Shown here: positions 60,885 through 64,000 of the stretch, one piece after another | How positions within the stretch are numbered: position 1 is the stretch's first letter | Layout: every line of letters begins with the position of its first letter | Source: Candidatus Scalinduaceae bacterium | GTDB taxonomy: Bacteria > Planctomycetota > Brocadiia > Brocadiales > Scalinduaceae | NCBI GenBank assembly: GCA_046759445.1 | Contig: JBHICG010000006.1 | Coordinates: forward strand, 36,945 to 100,944 | Direction of reading: 5' to 3' | DNA: 64,000 nt | The notes under the pieces: model-generated | The model's database searches: none | What the model saw: the letters and a program-made list of their open reading frames with translations, nothing else | What the model was told of the DNA's origin: nothing | Made by a program: the position numbers and the translations under genes

Positions 60885-63065
60885 TCAGAACATTGGTTCC
60901 ATCGAGAGTGCAGGATGATTTACCTTTTGCAAATACTCTAAGACTTCTTCTTCTGTTTGAGCTATTGTTTCGTCAGCAATCTTATTAAGGAAATCGTCTA
61001 ACCCTGCTTCTTTTGCAGCATCGCTGATTGCATCTCCTATCTCCTCTTTAAGTTGTTTTGGCATCCACACCAGCCTGGCAAGACCGCCATCGCCTGATAT
61101 GAATTTATTGCTGCTCATATAAAATTTACTGTGTCCTACAAACCCTGGTGTTTGTATACCGCCACCTACGGTTCCTGCAAGTGTAGAAAACTTCATTCCA
61201 CACGGAGTCATTCCTGTGTAATCTCTATCTACGGTCATTATTCCATTTGTCATTGGCAACATCGCTGATATACATTCGAAGCAGCCGCAACTTGTCATCG
61301 GATTGTTAACCATGCTGTACATACTTACCTGTTCAAATTCTCTGTTAGAGTTTTGATACAGGAAGTTGTTTGTCCCTTCCCAAAGTCCTAATTTCTCATC
61401 TATTAATTTGCCTTTTTCAATCGGTTGGTTAGGGCCTGTTGGTGTTATTTCATAGCCTGCCTTTCCGTCCAACCAGCTTACTGCGCCACATAACCCCGAG
61501 CGTTCTGGCGATATTATGCATACGTGACTGGGCGCAAAGCTCTGGCATAATGTACAACTGTAAAATAAGTTTACGGATGCATCCGTCATTCCAAGAGCTC
61601 TTTCATCGCGTTCAGTAAATGCAGCCTTAACTTCTTCCAATTTGCTCTCAACTTCTTCTTTCTTTGTATATAACTTAACCTGGACCTTATCTAATATTGC
61701 GCCGTACTCTTCATGATATTTAGCGTGAATTATCTTTCCTATGTGTAATATCTTAAATCCGCTTTTAAATGCGTCTTTGCTGATTCGGTGCCTGATGATG
61801 TCTCTCTGACCCATATGAAAAAACCCTTGTGCTTCTCCAAGAAAATGATGTGTTCTTCGCTCAAAGATTGGCTCGAAATCTTTCTGCATCTTGCGCCCCG
61901 ATACCTCAACATAAATTCCTAACGACTTACCGGGGCCTTGTTCCATTTCATCTATTTCTGGCCCTATCACGTCTATTTTAGCATCTTCAATTTCTTCATT
62001 TTCTCTCATCACAACGTATTCAAATGCTGGTACATGTGGACCTCCCACCTCGATGTGCATGTCATCCTTTCTTATTCTTTCACCTTCAAAAGCAGGACCA
62101 TATGATACAGGTATGTCTACCTTAGCAGCAGCCACCTTAAGCCCCCTCACTTCTATACATTTTTCTACCATCTTGTCATGCGGTACAAGCGGTACCACAT
62201 GCTCGTAGGTACAAACACCTGTAGGTAATATCTTAGGTATATCCGTATCTGCAATTGTTGGGAAACCATAGTTGATGGCACCTGCTGCATTGGCATACTT
62301 TTCATCATCTACTTCTCCCAACGCCATTACGAATGCAAAAATTCTGTTTTTGTTGTAAATTAGATTTTTTGTAAAATCTGCTGGCGCTATGCCACCAAAA
62401 GATAAGGCGGCTTTGTTCGCAAAGCCGAGAGAATAAATAGTGGCAGTTATACTCTTCCCGAATGGCACTAACCTTGTCTCCCATCCAAGCTGTACTCCCT
62501 CTTCATCCAGTTGTTCGGCAAATGATTTACCGTTAGTGTTTGCAGAAATAAAAATGTATAAGTTTTTTTCCTGCAACTCCCGTGCTATTTTTACGGCAAT
62601 CTCGTTGGTGGGTGCAGCTCCTACGACTGCTGCAAATCCGGGTGCTGTACCATCAACGAACTCTATGCCCCGCTCACGCAATATAACATCATTTGCAGCA
62701 CCTAACCATATGCCATCTACAGGATTTGGGCCAATCAGGTATTTACATGCTTCTATTACCTCTTCTGCATAAAGGGTTGCCATACCGGCATCAAGCGCCC
62801 AGCCAAGATAAGGTAGGTATACCTTTTCTTCGGGTATTGGTGGCAACAAAGCTCTTGCATGCCCAAGTGCTTCTTCGCAATCCTCCAGAGTCTTCACTTC
62901 AAGAGCTGTTGCTGAGTAAATTATTGGTAGATAATAACCAGTGTTTGGAAACTCAACCTTGGCATCTTTCCCCTTTGAGTCTATTGCTTCTCTTAATTTT
63001 TCCTCTGCCTGCTTTACAATTTTGTGTGCGCCCCTTATTGCAGCGGTAGCTATTATTCTAGACAT
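60885..63065 (-). CDS. acsB: Acetyl-CoA synthase subunit
   Basis: FPNTGYYLP, YSCTLCQSFAP.HVC, GLCGA, MTSCGCFE (A-cluster ligands). Confidence 0.96.
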   Translation of the reverse strand: MSRIIATAAIRGAHKIVKQAEEKLREAIDSKGKDAKVEFPNTGYYLPIIYSATALEVKTLEDCEEALGHARALLPPIPEEKVYLPYLGWALDAGMATLYAEEVIEACKYLIGPNPVDGIWLGAANDVILRERGIEFVDGTAPGFAAVVGAAPTNEIAVKIARELQEKNLYIFISANTNGKSFAEQLDEEGVQLGWETRLVPFGKSITATIYSLGFANKAALSFGGIAPADFTKNLIYNKNRIFAFVMALGEVDDEKYANAAGAINYGFPTIADTDIPKILPTGVCTYEHVVPLVPHDKMVEKCIEVRGLKVAAAKVDIPVSYGPAFEGERIRKDDMHIEVGGPHVPAFEYVVMRENEEIEDAKIDVIGPEIDEMEQGPGKSLGIYVEVSGRKMQKDFEPIFERRTHHFLGEAQGFFHMGQRDIIRHRISKDAFKSGFKILHIGKIIHAKYHEEYGAILDKVQVKLYTKKEEVESKLEEVKAAFTERDERALGMTDASVNLFYSCTLCQSFAPSHVCIISPERSGLCGAVSWLDGKAGYEITPTGPNQPIEKGKLIDEKLGLWEGTNNFLYQNSNREFEQVSMYSMVNNPMTSCGCFECISAMLPMTNGIMTVDRDYTGMTPCGMKFSTLAGTVGGGIQTPGFVGHSKFYMSSNKFISGDGGLARLVWMPKQLKEEIGDAISDAAKEAGLDDFLNKIADETIAQTEEEVLEYLQKVNHPALSMEPMF

Positions 63066-63149
63066 TTTTAACTACTCCTTTTCACCTAAAAAACTCACAC
63101 TACTTTGTGACATAACTAAGCATGTAAGTTTAATTATTGGGTAAAATAT

Positions 63150-64000
63150 TTAATCTTTTTTCTGATGAGAATGTGCTATGCCTGGTTCGCACCCGGCCTG
63201 TGCTGCTGTTAAGTTTTCAGCCTCAAGCGCACGCCTGTCTGCCATATCATATAACTTCCTCTCCTTCTTTACGTTTATGCCCAGCGCATCACGCTTCTTC
63301 TCTATATGGTCTATTATGAGCTTCGCCATCTTATTAACATCCGGCTCAAATGCCCATTTAGCGCCCACTATATCCTCTAACCCCTCACATAACAACTTAT
63401 CTACATCCGGCGCCCCAGCAACTGGCGTCTTCGTCCCAAATATAGTAAAGACACCACTTGTGACAAAATAATGTCCTATCGTAAGGGCCTTTTCGTGCAT
63501 CCAGTCAAAACATGCACCTGCAACAGGCAACTCACTAATATCATTGCCAAGCCCACCTTCCTTTACCATCTCAGAACACGCTATCAGTATCCTGCTGTTA
63601 TCCACACACGAGCCTGCATGAAGCACAGGCGGCATACCCACTGCCTCACACACCTCTCTCAACCCTTCTCCTGCATGTTCCATAAACTCCGGCACCATCA
63701 TGCCCTCTCTGCCACACTCTGCCGCCGCACAACCTGTCTGCACTACCAGAATATTATTGGCTATCAACTGTTTCACCAGTTCCATATAAGGCTGTTGATC
63801 CGGCCATACCGTAGAACTCGTACATCCTACCACCCCTGCAACACCTCGTATCCGGCCATTCATGATGTTATCATTAAGCGGCCTGTACGATGCCCTGAAC
63901 TTGCCGCCCAGCATATATTTTATAGTCTCATGACTGAAACCTATAACTAATTGAGACTTGCTACCCTTCGGTATAAATACCTTAGACTTGTCCCTGTTAG
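63150..64000 (-). CDS. acsA: Anaerobic Ni-CO dehydrogenase catalytic subunit (C-terminal part; start outside window)
   Basis: GFSHETIKYMLGG (manual, upstream of the ORF-track start), GVVGC, TGCAA, GSCVDNSR, WMHEKA. Confidence 0.94.
   Translation of the reverse strand, partial: NRDKSKVFIPKGSKSQLVIGFSHETIKYMLGGKFRASYRPLNDNIMNGRIRGVAGVVGCTSSTVWPDQQPYMELVKQLIANNILVVQTGCAAAECGREGMMVPEFMEHAGEGLREVCEAVGMPPVLHAGSCVDNSRILIACSEMVKEGGLGNDISELPVAGACFDWMHEKALTIGHYFVTSGVFTIFGTKTPVAGAPDVDKLLCEGLEDIVGAKWAFEPDVNKMAKLIIDHIEKKRDALGINVKKERKLYDMADRRALEAENLTAAQAGCEPGIAHSHQKKD

Noticed and set aside
706..63950. Most short ORF-track entries overlapping larger genes (e.g. 706-999, 3108-3386, 22817-23134, 43560-43988, 63471-63950)
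   Set aside because: Antisense or off-frame shadows of well-supported genes, with no recognisable motifs
1..64000. CRISPR array, rRNA or tRNA genes
   Set aside because: No regularly spaced direct repeats or recognisable tRNA/rRNA sequence seen by eye; a covariance search was not run

Overview
Low-GC bacterial chromosomal window. Its gene content (a contiguous Wood-Ljungdahl CODH/ACS operon, ccsA-hemA, several stand-alone PilZ-like genes, a HARP/RNA-ligase pair) suggests an anaerobic autotroph, possibly an anammox planctomycete; this taxonomic call is inference only. Housekeeping genes: gcvT-gcvH-gcvPA, a metal ABC importer with porin, hemA/ccsA, aroA, hemC, pcm, fxsA, pabB/pabC, guaA, dksA-lspA, ilvE, lolD, lysS, rnpA-yidD, ftcD, lsrF, a thioesterase and acsA-acsB-clpP-acsC-acsV-cooC-acsD-acsE. 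Accessory modules: an HTH-Panacea/RelE-like TA pair upstream of a PLD-SNF2 helicase; a decayed DUF433/PIN TA pair between two copies of a gene 3' end; a cassette-like nuclease gene; a DUF2235 lipase; an HNH gene; a GH99-like/radical SAM pair; and a PqqD/HprK-like kinase/nucleotidyltransferase locus. The best candidate for an undescribed system is that last locus, which hides an unannotated, frameshifted Gly/His/Arg-rich precursor-like peptide with a Tat-like leader. Other strong candidates are the HARP/Rnl3/DHH RNA-processing cluster and a CxxC...RSPP leader ORF ahead of the metal importer. Intergenic DNA holds many MITE/REP-like palindromes. No rRNA, tRNA or CRISPR array was seen. All protein family calls come from motif recognition, not database searches.
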